A stretch of DNA of 28,667 bases from Nitrospinales bacterium (GCA_046757665.1 JBHHYO010000034.1:1-28667), one strand, 5' to 3'. Counted from the stretch's first letter, positions 11,124-19,998 are shown. The notes: generated by a model not told the origin, from the sequence alone. Translations and numbers: made by a program.

Positions 11124-12200
11124 TCACTCTTTGCCGTAAGCGGTGGTCTTGATTGCCTCGAACAGGGCGTGGGCCAGGATGCCCTGTCCCCGGTTGTTGA
11201 AGTGCACGGAGTCCGTAAAGACCGTCTCGCCGGTTGTGTCGAAGGCTCCGCGAAAATCCCGCCAATGAATTTTTTCCTCGCCGGAAATCGTTTTTAACGT
11301 CTCCGCCAACCGGGGATAGGTGGTCTTCCAAATCTGCACGGACTGCGCCGTCTTGTTGTTGACAAGGGCTTGTTCGCCGGGACTCGGTTCTTTTTTATAA
11401 AGCAGGACGGGTTGCAGGATGAAGAAAGTTTCGATGCCGTTGGCGCTCAGGAATTGCGCGGTCTGCCTCATGTTGCGGGTGTAGTGCCGGGTAATGTTCG
11501 TCGCGGTGAGGTCGGGTATGGAGGTTCTGTATTTTTTGAACATCCGGCCCAGTGCGCTCAGAAAGGCGCTTTTTCCCAGCGTCTGGTCGATTTGGCGCTC
11601 GAGGGTCACGGCCTTGAGCGCTTTTTTCAGGCTTTGAAAGTAAAAAGGATAGCCGGGGCTTTCCTGGCGCTGGGCCACGGCGATGATGTCGTTGGCGCCG
11701 TTCAGGTGAATCACCATGTCGGGATGAAAATCGAAAATCCCCATGAGCAGGAGAATCAGTTCCTGCGCCGAGACGTAACCCAGCCGTCCGGCGGAGATTA
11801 CCTTGAAATGTTTGCGGCTTTGCTCGGGCCGGTTTTCGTTGAGCAGGGTTTCCAGGATGCGGTAAAACTTTTTGTCCGGCGCGGACGCTCCATACCCCTT
11901 GGCCACCGAGCCGCCCATGATAAAAATCCGGTATTCGCCGGGCGGTTTTTCGGCAGTGACGGTTACGCCGTCGAAGTCGAAAAAATATTTCTCGCCGGGG
12001 CGCAGTTCGAGGCTGGGAAGGGGCCGGAACAACACGTAGGGGCTCAGGTCATCGACCGCGAACGCCAGCGTCTCCCGGCCCACGCTATGCAACTCGTCAC
12101 TGGTGAAGCGTTGATACAAGCGGCTTCCGCCTTCCAGGACGGCGAAAACCAGGAGGATGGCGGCCAGGGCAAAGAGGATGTTCTTCCGGGTTTTTTTCAT
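11124..12200 (-). CDS. Membrane-anchored SGNH/GDSL hydrolase-like protein
   Basis: N-terminal hydrophobic helix; SGNH blocks GGSVAKG, GAND and DSVH. Confidence 0.8.
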   Translation of the reverse strand: MKKTRKNILFALAAILLVFAVLEGGSRLYQRFTSDELHSVGRETLAFAVDDLSPYVLFRPLPSLELRPGEKYFFDFDGVTVTAEKPPGEYRIFIMGGSVAKGYGASAPDKKFYRILETLLNENRPEQSRKHFKVISAGRLGYVSAQELILLLMGIFDFHPDMVIHLNGANDIIAVAQRQESPGYPFYFQSLKKALKAVTLERQIDQTLGKSAFLSALGRMFKKYRTSIPDLTATNITRHYTRNMRQTAQFLSANGIETFFILQPVLLYKKEPSPGEQALVNNKTAQSVQIWKTTYPRLAETLKTISGEEKIHWRDFRGAFDTTGETVFTDSVHFNNRGQGILAHALFEAIKTTAYGKE

Positions 12201-12226
12201 GATGATGGGTCGCGGACCGGCAGGGG

Positions 12227-13018
12227 CTAGCCGTCAACGAGGCCTTTGGCTTCCTGCCAGTAGTCTTCAAGCTCTTCGAGGGGGATTTCTTTCAGCGTCC
12301 TGCCGCTTTTTGCCGCCTGCCGTTCGATGTGCCGGAAGCGGCGGATGAATTTTTGGTTGGTGGCGCGCAGACCTTCCTCGGCGTCGATTTTTTTGAACCG
12401 GGCGATATTCACCAGGACGAACAGAATGTCGCCGATTTCGTTTTGCAGTTCTTCCTTGTTTGCGGCGCGCGCGGCTTTTTTGAATTCTTCAACTTCTTCG
12501 TCCAGTTTTTTCAGGACATCTTCAATGCGGTCCCAGTCGAAGCCGTGCCTGGCGGCTTTCTTTTGCAGTTTCTGGGCGCGCATGAGGCTGGGCAGGTGGT
12601 TCGGAACGCTGTTGAGAACGGATTCCTTGTCGCGCCCGGGTTTTTCGCGTTTTTTGATTTCATCCCATTGGGTGACAACCTGTTCGGGGGTATGGAGCTT
12701 GCCCCGGTCGAAAATATGCGGATGCCGCCGCACCATTTTTTCGCTGATGCTTCGGATGACGTCGGTGATGTCAAACTCTCCGGCCAGCGAAGACATTTTG
12801 GCGTGGAACAGGATTTGGTAGAGCAGGTCGCCCAACTCGTCTTTAATTTCTTCCGGGTCGTTGCGGTCCAGGGCTTCCAGCAACTCGTAGGTTTCCTCGA
12901 CCAGATAGGGCTTGAGGGATTCCCGGGTTTGCACCTTGTCCCAGGGACAGCCGTTGTCGCCCATGAGGGTATCGACAATGGAAGCCAGCTTTTCAAATGC
13001 CGCCGCGGGTTCGTTCAT
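12227..13018 (-). CDS. mazG: Nucleoside triphosphate pyrophosphohydrolase MazG
   Basis: GCPWD..QT..SL..YLVEETYE, ELGDLLYQILFH, RRHPH and a second domain EIGDILF. ATG at 13018 is likely (ORF track starts at 13045). Confidence 0.95.
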   Translation of the reverse strand: MNEPAAAFEKLASIVDTLMGDNGCPWDKVQTRESLKPYLVEETYELLEALDRNDPEEIKDELGDLLYQILFHAKMSSLAGEFDITDVIRSISEKMVRRHPHIFDRGKLHTPEQVVTQWDEIKKREKPGRDKESVLNSVPNHLPSLMRAQKLQKKAARHGFDWDRIEDVLKKLDEEVEEFKKAARAANKEELQNEIGDILFVLVNIARFKKIDAEEGLRATNQKFIRRFRHIERQAAKSGRTLKEIPLEELEDYWQEAKGLVDG

Positions 13019-13110
13019 ACCGTCATCTTTCCAAAAAATGGACACGCTCGCCAGGTTGTATTATTTGATGTTCTTTGTCCGGTTGTAAAGGCTAAATTAA
13101 AGGCTTCCGC

Positions 13111-14250
13111 TCAGGCGATGAATTCGAGGATGACCGAATCGGCGAGGTACAACCCTTTTTGCGAAAGGCTGATGCGGTTGTTCTTCAAGGCGATGAGTTT
13201 TTTTTGCAACAGGGCGGCGACTGCCGGGCCGTAGGTTTTGCTGAAGGAGACCTGGAAACGGTTTTCAAATTGTTTCAGGTCCACGCCCTTGAGCAGTCGC
13301 AGGCCGAGCATCATGGTTTCCCCCATGGCCTGGGCTTTTCCGGGATGCTCGTTGGATTCCACGGCGTCGCCGCGGGATTGCACTTCGCGGATGTAGCGCG
13401 AGGGCGGGGCGTAGTTTTTGAACCGGCGGCCGGCGAGGAAAGAGGACGCCCCGGCGCCGATGCCGAGGTATTCGCCGTTTTCCCAGTAGTTGAGGTTGTG
13501 CCGGGACTCCCTGCCGGGCCGGGCGAAGTTGGAGATTTCATAATGCCGGTAGCCCGCCGCTTTCAAGGTGCGGATCGATTGCTTGTAAAGGGTCAGTTGA
13601 TGGTCCTCGGCGGGCATGTGCCACTGGTCTTGCGCGGCGCGTTTGTAAAACGCCGTTCCCGGTTCGAGGGTCAGGTTGTAAGTGGAAATGTGTTCCGGAT
13701 TTTCGGCGAGAACCCGGTCGAGGGAATATCCCCAATCCTCCGCCGACTGGCCGGGCAGGGCGAACATCAAGTCTAGTGACAGATTGTCGAATCCTCCCTG
13801 GCGCGCCCGGCGGACCGTGGCGTGAATTTCCTCGACACCGTGGACGCGCTCGAGAAATTTCAGCTCCCGCGGGTTGAAAGACTGCGCCCCGATGCTGATG
13901 CGGTTGTAACCGGCAGTGCGCAGACGAGTCAAATCCTGCCGCGGGATGGTGGCGGGATTCGCTTCCAATGTGACCTCGGCATCGGCGCGGACGGAAAAAT
14001 TTTGGCGGCAACTTTCCAGGATTTTTTCCAGGGAAGACACCGGCAGTGTGGTGGGGGTTCCGCCGCCCAGAAAGATGGTTGCGATCTCCCGTCCGGCCGC
14101 CGCGCCCCCGCCGTAATGCGCCAACTCGCGCATGACGGCCCGCGAGTAGGCGTCCATTTCCCCGGAGTTCACCGGATGGGAATTGAAATCGCAGTAGCCG
14201 CATTTGTGCAGGCAATAAGGAATATGAATGTACAACCCCAAACCGGACAC
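13111..14250 (-). CDS. hemW: Radical SAM heme chaperone HemW (HemN-like)
   Basis: YIHIPYCLHKCGYCDF (CxxxCxxC), GGGTP, YEISNF and the HNxxYW signature (HNLNYW). Confidence 0.9.
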   Translation of the reverse strand: MSGLGLYIHIPYCLHKCGYCDFNSHPVNSGEMDAYSRAVMRELAHYGGGAAAGREIATIFLGGGTPTTLPVSSLEKILESCRQNFSVRADAEVTLEANPATIPRQDLTRLRTAGYNRISIGAQSFNPRELKFLERVHGVEEIHATVRRARQGGFDNLSLDLMFALPGQSAEDWGYSLDRVLAENPEHISTYNLTLEPGTAFYKRAAQDQWHMPAEDHQLTLYKQSIRTLKAAGYRHYEISNFARPGRESRHNLNYWENGEYLGIGAGASSFLAGRRFKNYAPPSRYIREVQSRGDAVESNEHPGKAQAMGETMMLGLRLLKGVDLKQFENRFQVSFSKTYGPAVAALLQKKLIALKNNRISLSQKGLYLADSVILEFIA

Positions 14251-14369
14251 GAGCGCCGGACACCTCCATTGTGTTTTACGAAAAGGATGAATCTTGCTTT
14301 AACCTTACTATATAATACATTGGTAACGGCGTGAACAGTTTTGGAGGAGGGGTTTTTGGATTTGGTGGA

Positions 14370-15275
14370 ATGTCCATGAAGGAAGGCAAAGGTTACAAGT
14401 CGGGTTACGCGAGCCTCATCGGCAAACCCAATGTCGGCAAGTCCACTTTGCTGAACAAGCTGGTGTCCGAAAAAATCGCCGCCATATCCGACAAGCCGCA
14501 AACCACGCGCAACAAGATCACCGGGGTATGTCATTTCCCCGAGGGACAGGTGGTGCTTCTGGATACTCCGGGGATTCACCCTTCTGCCTCCAAGTTGAAC
14601 CGCCTGATGGTGAAAACGTCGTTGAGCGTCCTCCATGATGTCGATGTCATTTTGTTCGTCATCGACGCCCGCGAGCGATTTGGCGAGGAAGACGAATATG
14701 CCCTGCGGAAGATGCGCGGCATCGCTACTGCAAAAATTCTCGTCATCAACAAAATCGACCTCGTTCCGAAACCCCGGCTTCTGCCCCTGATCGACGATTT
14801 ATCCGGAAAAGAGGATTTTGCGGATGCGGTTCCGGTGTCGGCACTGCACAATGACGGGCTGGATGTCCTGGCGAAAGTGGTGCTCCGGCACTTGCCCGAG
14901 GGGCCGAAATATTTTCCGGAAGATATGGTGACGGACAGCCCGGAGCGATTTCTGGTGGGCGAGATCATCCGCGAGAAAATCATCCGCCTCACCCGCTTTG
15001 AGTTGCCCTACGCCAGCGCCGTGGTGGTGGACCGCATGGCGGAAGGCAAGAAGGGGGTGACGGTGATCGACGCCACTATTTTCGCCGAGCGCGTTTCACA
15101 GCGAAAAATCTTGATCGGCGAAAAGGGCGGCATGTTGAAAAAAATCGGCAGTCGGGCGCGGCGGGAAATTGAGAAACGTTTTGGCGGCAAAGTCTATCTA
15201 AACCTTCACGTCAAGGTGAAAAGCAAATGGCGCGAAAATGACTCCTGTTTGCGGGAATTCGGATACGGCGGATGA
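14370..15275 (+). CDS. era: GTPase Era
   Basis: GKPNVGKST, KPQTTR, DTPG, NKID, VSA and C-terminal KH domain. Start uncertain (14331, 14370 or 14376). Confidence 0.96.
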   Translation: MSMKEGKGYKSGYASLIGKPNVGKSTLLNKLVSEKIAAISDKPQTTRNKITGVCHFPEGQVVLLDTPGIHPSASKLNRLMVKTSLSVLHDVDVILFVIDARERFGEEDEYALRKMRGIATAKILVINKIDLVPKPRLLPLIDDLSGKEDFADAVPVSALHNDGLDVLAKVVLRHLPEGPKYFPEDMVTDSPERFLVGEIIREKIIRLTRFELPYASAVVVDRMAEGKKGVTVIDATIFAERVSQRKILIGEKGGMLKKIGSRARREIEKRFGGKVYLNLHVKVKSKWRENDSCLREFGYGG

Positions 15276-16036
15276 TTCATATTAAAACAGATGACGAAAT
15301 TGAGCTGATGCGGAAAAGTTGCCGGCTGGCGGCGGAAGTGCTCTTGATGATCGAGCCGTACATTCAGCCCGGCGTGACCACCAACCGGCTGAACGATCTT
15401 TGCCACGATTATATTATCGCCCACGGGGCCACGCCCTCGCCCTTGAACTACCGGGGGTTTCCGAAAAGCATCTGCACTTCGGTCAACGATGAAATTTGCC
15501 ACGGCATTCCCTCGGACCGCAAATTACGCAACGGCGACGTTGTGAACCTCGATATCACGGTTTACCTGAACGAGTTTCACGGCGACACCAATAAAACCTT
15601 TTTCGTGGGGTCGCCGCGGCCGCGGGCCAGGAAACTGGCGGCGGCCGGGAGAGAAGCGCTTAACCGCGCCATCGGCGTTGTGCGGCCGGGCGCCCGGCTG
15701 GGCGATATCGGCGCCACCATTCAACAATTCGTCGAAAGCCAGGGCTACTCCGTGGTGCGCGAGTTTTGCGGACACGGCATCGGCCGCGAATTTCACGAAG
15801 AACCTCAAGTCCTGCATTTCGGCCAGTTCGGCCAGGGCGTGGAATTGAAAAAAAATATGGTGTTCACCATCGAACCCATGATTAACGCCGGAAAACCCGA
15901 CCTGCGAATCCTCGACGATAAATGGACCGCCGTTACCAAGGACGGATCGCTTTCCTGCCAATACGAGCACACCCTGGTCGTCACCGGGGATGCGTGCGAG
16001 GTTTTGACCCGCCTGGACGGCGTGACGAATTTTTGA
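15272..16036 (+). CDS. map: Methionine aminopeptidase type I
   Basis: CTSVNDEICHGIP, FHGDT, GHGIG, FTIEPMIN and QYEHT. Confidence 0.97.
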   Translation: MIHIKTDDEIELMRKSCRLAAEVLLMIEPYIQPGVTTNRLNDLCHDYIIAHGATPSPLNYRGFPKSICTSVNDEICHGIPSDRKLRNGDVVNLDITVYLNEFHGDTNKTFFVGSPRPRARKLAAAGREALNRAIGVVRPGARLGDIGATIQQFVESQGYSVVREFCGHGIGREFHEEPQVLHFGQFGQGVELKKNMVFTIEPMINAGKPDLRILDDKWTAVTKDGSLSCQYEHTLVVTGDACEVLTRLDGVTNF

Positions 16037-16053
16037 GATTCGCCGGGCCGGTT

Positions 16054-16090
16054 GCGGACACAACTTGTTCGTGTCGCGCTTTTTTCTTTT
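16054..16090 (+). terminator. Probable intrinsic terminator after map
   Basis: Hairpin gcggacac...gtgtcgc followed by ttttttctttt. Confidence 0.55.
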
Positions 16091-16225
16091 CCTGCTTTCT
16101 CCGCCATTTTGAAACATTTTCTCAATTAAAAAAATCTTCCAGCCGGCGGCGTGGCCTTTTTCTGTTGAAATCAAACGATTTGCTTCGAGGAAATCGCGGC
16201 TCCGACACCAGGTTCGCGTCTTAAT

Positions 16226-16306
16226 TGAAAGCGATTCTTATTTTCGTTTTAGCATGTAACTAATTAAAAAATAAGGGTTTACAATGATCTTTCTTTCCGT
16301 TATCAT
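16226..16306 (+). promoter_or_regulatory. bfr sigma70 promoter with an upstream weak Fur-box-like site
   Basis: TTTACA (16278-16283)-N17-TATCAT (16301-16306). TGAAAGCGATTCTTA (16226-16240) matches 9/14 of TGATAATnATTATCA. Confidence 0.55.
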
Positions 16307-16377
16307 AAGAGCGTGTCATCGAATGGAATGTGTTTCCCTAATGACAATTAACGTTTACTCTTTTTCAGGAGACCATC

Positions 16378-16848
16378 ATGAAAGGTGATAAGCAGGTAAT
16401 CAAGGCGTTGAACGATGTTTTAATGGCCGAACTGACGGCGATCAATACATACTATATTCACTACAAAATGGAAGAGAACTGGGGCTACGACAAACTGGCG
16501 AAACACGCGCGTGCCGAAGCCATGGAGGAAATGAAACATGCCGATCAACTGATCGAGCGTATTCTCTACCTTGAAGGCGCTCCCAATATGGCGAAGTATG
16601 ACGCGATTCTGGTGGGTAATACCTGCGAGGCGCATCTGAAAAACCAGTACAAGCGGGAGACGGAACATGTCGCGCGATTGCAGAACTCCATTGCCCTGTG
16701 CAACCAGAAAAAGGATTTTGGAACGAAGGAAATTCTGGACGACATTCTGGAGGAAACGGAAACCCAGTGCGACTGGTTGGAAACCCAGTTCCAACGCATC
16801 AAGGATATCGGCATTGAAAATTACCTCAGCGAACATTTGAGCGAATAA
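16378..16848 (+). CDS. bfr: Bacterioferritin (heme Met52 present, atypical ferroxidase centre)
   Basis: MKGD start, ELTAINTY, NWG, EEMKHADQLIERILYLEG and DWLETQ; AGGAGA RBS. Confidence 0.95.
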   Translation: MKGDKQVIKALNDVLMAELTAINTYYIHYKMEENWGYDKLAKHARAEAMEEMKHADQLIERILYLEGAPNMAKYDAILVGNTCEAHLKNQYKRETEHVARLQNSIALCNQKKDFGTKEILDDILEETETQCDWLETQFQRIKDIGIENYLSEHLSE

Positions 16849-17002
16849 CCCGGGGGCGTCCGCGGACGCCCCGGCCTGCCGCCGGACTGCAACAAGCGCG
16901 GTTCCGGTTGTTCCGTCCTTGAGGAAGTATCCTCTTCTCAATTCAGCGAACCCGATCTTTCCGCTCTCCGTACTTGTTTCGGAGCAGGTGGAGAGGTTGG
17001 GT
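16845..17002 (-). ncRNA. Candidate Fur-repressed small/antisense RNA (strand and ends tentative)
   Basis: Minus-strand TATAAT (plus attata 17008-17013) next to a Fur box; no credible ORF; several hairpins ending in the GC hairpin plus TTATT. Confidence 0.35.
16849..16874. terminator. GC-rich hairpin right after the bfr stop codon
   Basis: ggggcgtc-cgcg-gacgcccc (16853-16872). No U-tract on +; short TTATT follows on the - strand. Confidence 0.5.
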
Positions 17003-17015
17003 TTTCTATTATAGT

Positions 17016-17030
17016 TGATAATTGATATCA
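17016..17030. promoter_or_regulatory. Fur box
   Basis: TGATAATTGATATCA matches 12/14 of the 7-1-7 consensus TGATAATnATTATCA. Confidence 0.7.
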
Positions 17031-17142
17031 AAATATGGATAATTTATTTCACTCCAATCGTTAATTCCGTCCTGGATTTATAATTTAATATATTGAAATA
17101 TATTTAGTTAATTAAAAAATAAAATTCCCGGGAGAAAAACCC

Positions 17143-17175
17143 TTGACATAATACATGATAATGATTATCATTATT
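17143..17175 (+). promoter_or_regulatory. sigma70 promoter overlapped by a strong Fur box
   Basis: TTGACA (17143-17148)-N17-TATCAT (17166-17171). GATAATGATTATCATTATT (17157-17175) matches 17/19 of GATAATGATAATCATTATC. Confidence 0.85.
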
Positions 17176-17259
17176 ATAATAAAACTTTGTTTCAGGCCTT
17201 TTGGGATTCTCCTCCTGCGCAAAAAGGCCGAAACCGCAAACGTGAAAGGAGATTTGGTT

Positions 17260-17553
17260 ATGAGTATCGCGGTATTTGGCGGACTGGATCGTTTAAAGCG
17301 CAACTATGAAAAAACCGGAGAGGATTTGGGCCATCGGGTGAGATTTTTTACCCGCCGGGTCCCCAACATGAACCAGCGGTTGTGCAAGATAGATGGCATC
17401 GTTTTGTTTACGGGAACGATTTCGCACAACCTGGTCAAGGAGGTAGTGAGCCTGGCGAAGTTGCACAACATTCCTGTCAGCCGCAGTCATACGAGTAGCG
17501 CTTCGGGGTTGAAAAAGTGCCTGGGCGAACTGGCGCTGGTTGAATGCAAGTGA
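17260..17553 (+). CDS. DUF2325-like protein
   Basis: MSIAVFGGLDRLKRNYE...DGIVLFTGTISHNL...AK..NIPV...HTSSASGLKKCL resembles DUF2325. AAAGGAGA RBS precedes ATG 17260; the ORF-track start at 17155 lies in the promoter. Confidence 0.75.
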   Translation: MSIAVFGGLDRLKRNYEKTGEDLGHRVRFFTRRVPNMNQRLCKIDGIVLFTGTISHNLVKEVVSLAKLHNIPVSRSHTSSASGLKKCLGELALVECK

Positions 17554-17609
17554 CGAGAGTCGCGACAGGAAAACTTATGGCCGCTCTCTCATTGGGGGGA
17601 GACGGTCTG

Positions 17610-17665
17610 GCGGGCGGAGGGGAGTTGCGCCCCCTCCGCTCGCATTATTCCGGCCTTTCTTTTTT
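17610..17665 (+). terminator. 13-bp GC hairpin with displaced U-tract (terminator/attenuator)
   Basis: gcgggcggagggg (17610-17622) pairs with cccctccgctcgc (17631-17643), followed by attattccggcctttctttttt. Confidence 0.5.
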
Positions 17666-17708
17666 ATTGTCGAACCTGGCATGAGAGCAACTGATAAAGG
17701 GGTTATCC

Positions 17709-19784
17709 ATGCGAAATCCAGCTAAGGTTTCACTGAAAAATAAATTGAAAAACTATCTGGAGTCTGTTTTTGCGGAAATGCGGTACGACCGGATATTTAA
17801 AATTTCCGCTTTGGTTTCACTGTTGGCCGGGGCGTTGATCTTGTGTTTGGCGGGGATCAGCGTTTACACGATCTATAACGATCATATGTTCCGAAGCGCC
17901 GAGAAAACGGCCAAGGGAATCCGTGGGGCGCTTGTGGAACAGAAAAGGGAGATGCTGTTTGCCTCGGGCTCCGATGAAAATATCCTGGAAATAGACGCTG
18001 GTTATTTGCCCGATTTTGACCGGCATGTCAGGGCTGTCCTGAAGTCGTTTCAAGTCGTCAAGATCAAGATATTTAACCGGGATAAAAAAATAATTTACAG
18101 CACCGAGCCGGCCATCGTCGGCAAAACGGTTATGAACAACGATCGGCTGGCCCGGGCTCTGAGCGGCAGTCTGGTCTCAAGGTTGGAGGCCGGCGCGGCT
18201 CTTCTGGACTTGGAAGGCGAACGGCGGATCAATCTCGACGTGATTGAAATTTATCTGCCGGTTAAAAATAGAAATGGCGAAATCGTCGGTTGTTTTGAAC
18301 TCTATACGGACGTGACACCCTATCGGCAAGAATTCCATAGAATCTTTTTCTCGTCTTTGGGCCTGGTCTTTGCCGTGTTGGTCCTGGTCTTTGGCATCCT
18401 CAATTTTTTAATATGCCGCATGATGAAAACGATTTGCTCGAATACACGTGAGTTGAAAACAACGCATGAGCGAATAGAACACATGGCGTTATACGATCAT
18501 TTGACGGGACTGCCCAACCGCAATTTGATAAAAGATCGATTCGAGCAAATGGCCGCCCAGGCCGCCCGGCATAACAAAAAAGTCGCCGTCCTTTATATGG
18601 ACTTGGACAATTTCAAAAATTTGAACGATACCCAGGGGCATCTGGCCGGCGACCAGTTTTTAAAAAAAATAGCCGGCCTCCTCAAATCCCTTCTTCGCAA
18701 GGAAGACAGTATCGGCCGTTTGGGGGGGGACGAGTTTATGGTTTTGCTGGGGAACTTGAGCCACGAAGACGAAGCCATAAGTTTGGCCCAAAAGATTAAA
18801 AATAAGGCGAAGCTTCCTTTTAATTTGAACGGCCACGAAATTTATTCGGGATTTAGTATCGGTATTGCGTTTTTTCCAAATGACGGGCGGGATTTGGAAA
18901 CGCTATCCAAACACGCCGACATCGCCATGTACCGGGCGAAAAACAAGAGGAACTCATTTGAATTATTCACGGCTTCGATGAATCAGAAAATGATTCACCG
19001 TATGAATATTGAACAAAAACTGCGAAAAGCAATCGCGACGGATGAGTTGACCCTCTATTACCAACCCAAAATAGATTTGGCCACCGGAGGTGTTGCCGGA
19101 CTTGAGGCCCTGATTCGCTGGGAGCCTCCCAACGGTGAAATGATCGCGCCGGATCAGTTTATTCCCATAGCAGAGCAAAGTCATTTGATCCTTTCCATTG
19201 GCGAATGGGTTTTAAATTCCGTTTGCGAACAAATCAAAATTTGGGAAAACTCCCTGAATTTCGAGCTGAATGTGGCCATCAATTTATCCGGCCGTCAATT
19301 TGAACACACGGATTTGATGAAGATCATAAAAAATACTCTTCACCGGACCAGGATCAATCCACGCCTTTTGGAACTGGAGATCACCGAAACGACAATCATG
19401 AAAGACACTCAGAAGGTAGTCAACGTTCTAAGGCGGGTAAGAGAAATGGGAATTCAGTCGTCTATTGACGATTTCGGTACCGGGTATTCTTCTCTGGGTT
19501 ACATCAGGAAACTGCCGGTGGATTCATTAAAAATCGATCGAACGTTTATTCAAAATATTCACAAAAAAAGCGACCGCGCAATTATTCTGGCCGTTATAAC
19601 CCTGTGCAGGGACATTGAGTTAAAAACCATTTCCGAGGGAGTGGAAACAAAGGAGCAATACGAGTTTCTACGGGGAACCCATTGCGATCAATATCAGGGA
19701 TACTTTTTCAGTCCACCGTTGCCAACGCATGAGATCGAAAAGCTTATTTTGTCAACCGCGGCGATTATGTCGCTGACAGATTGA
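17709..19784 (+). CDS. Membrane-bound diguanylate cyclase/phosphodiesterase (2 TM + periplasmic sensor + GGDEF + EAL)
   Basis: Two hydrophobic helices, DHLTGLPNR, RKED I-site five residues before GGDEF, GLEALIRW, LEITET, DDFGTGYSSL and EGVET. Confidence 0.95.
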   Translation: MRNPAKVSLKNKLKNYLESVFAEMRYDRIFKISALVSLLAGALILCLAGISVYTIYNDHMFRSAEKTAKGIRGALVEQKREMLFASGSDENILEIDAGYLPDFDRHVRAVLKSFQVVKIKIFNRDKKIIYSTEPAIVGKTVMNNDRLARALSGSLVSRLEAGAALLDLEGERRINLDVIEIYLPVKNRNGEIVGCFELYTDVTPYRQEFHRIFFSSLGLVFAVLVLVFGILNFLICRMMKTICSNTRELKTTHERIEHMALYDHLTGLPNRNLIKDRFEQMAAQAARHNKKVAVLYMDLDNFKNLNDTQGHLAGDQFLKKIAGLLKSLLRKEDSIGRLGGDEFMVLLGNLSHEDEAISLAQKIKNKAKLPFNLNGHEIYSGFSIGIAFFPNDGRDLETLSKHADIAMYRAKNKRNSFELFTASMNQKMIHRMNIEQKLRKAIATDELTLYYQPKIDLATGGVAGLEALIRWEPPNGEMIAPDQFIPIAEQSHLILSIGEWVLNSVCEQIKIWENSLNFELNVAINLSGRQFEHTDLMKIIKNTLHRTRINPRLLELEITETTIMKDTQKVVNVLRRVREMGIQSSIDDFGTGYSSLGYIRKLPVDSLKIDRTFIQNIHKKSDRAIILAVITLCRDIELKTISEGVETKEQYEFLRGTHCDQYQGYFFSPPLPTHEIEKLILSTAAIMSLTD

Positions 19785-19953
19785 CGCAAAATTCATTGAT
19801 TTCTCCCAATCGGCTGGGTTTCAAGACATTTGGCGGCGTGTGGGGTGTTTTATTAACACATTGAAAAAATAGGCGCTTTGCTATTTTTCTCCCGGATTTT
19901 CAGGCCATCGCCGCATACCGGGAAAAAAAATCTTTAAAAACTGAAAAAAAGAA

Positions 19954-19998
19954 TGGACAAACCCGAAATCTTATAATAGAATTGATAATCATTATCAA
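19954..19998 (+). promoter_or_regulatory. sigma70 promoter with a perfect Fur palindrome at the start site
   Basis: TGGACA (19954-19959)-N17-TAGAAT (19977-19982). TTGATAATCATTATCAA (19982-19998) is a perfect 7-1-7 match. Confidence 0.85.

Noticed and set aside
16420-17031. 203-aa minus-strand ORF antisense to bfr
   Set aside because: It starts inside the Fur box, upstream of the putative start site, has no RBS and is mostly a bfr shadow.
17155-17259. N-terminal extensions MIMIIIII (17155) and MIIIIK (19982) in the ORF track
   Set aside because: These are translations of Fur boxes; RBS-supported starts are at 17260 and 20027.
17554-17708. c-di-GMP riboswitch before the GGDEF-EAL gene
   Set aside because: Hairpins are present, but the GEMM consensus elements were not recognised.
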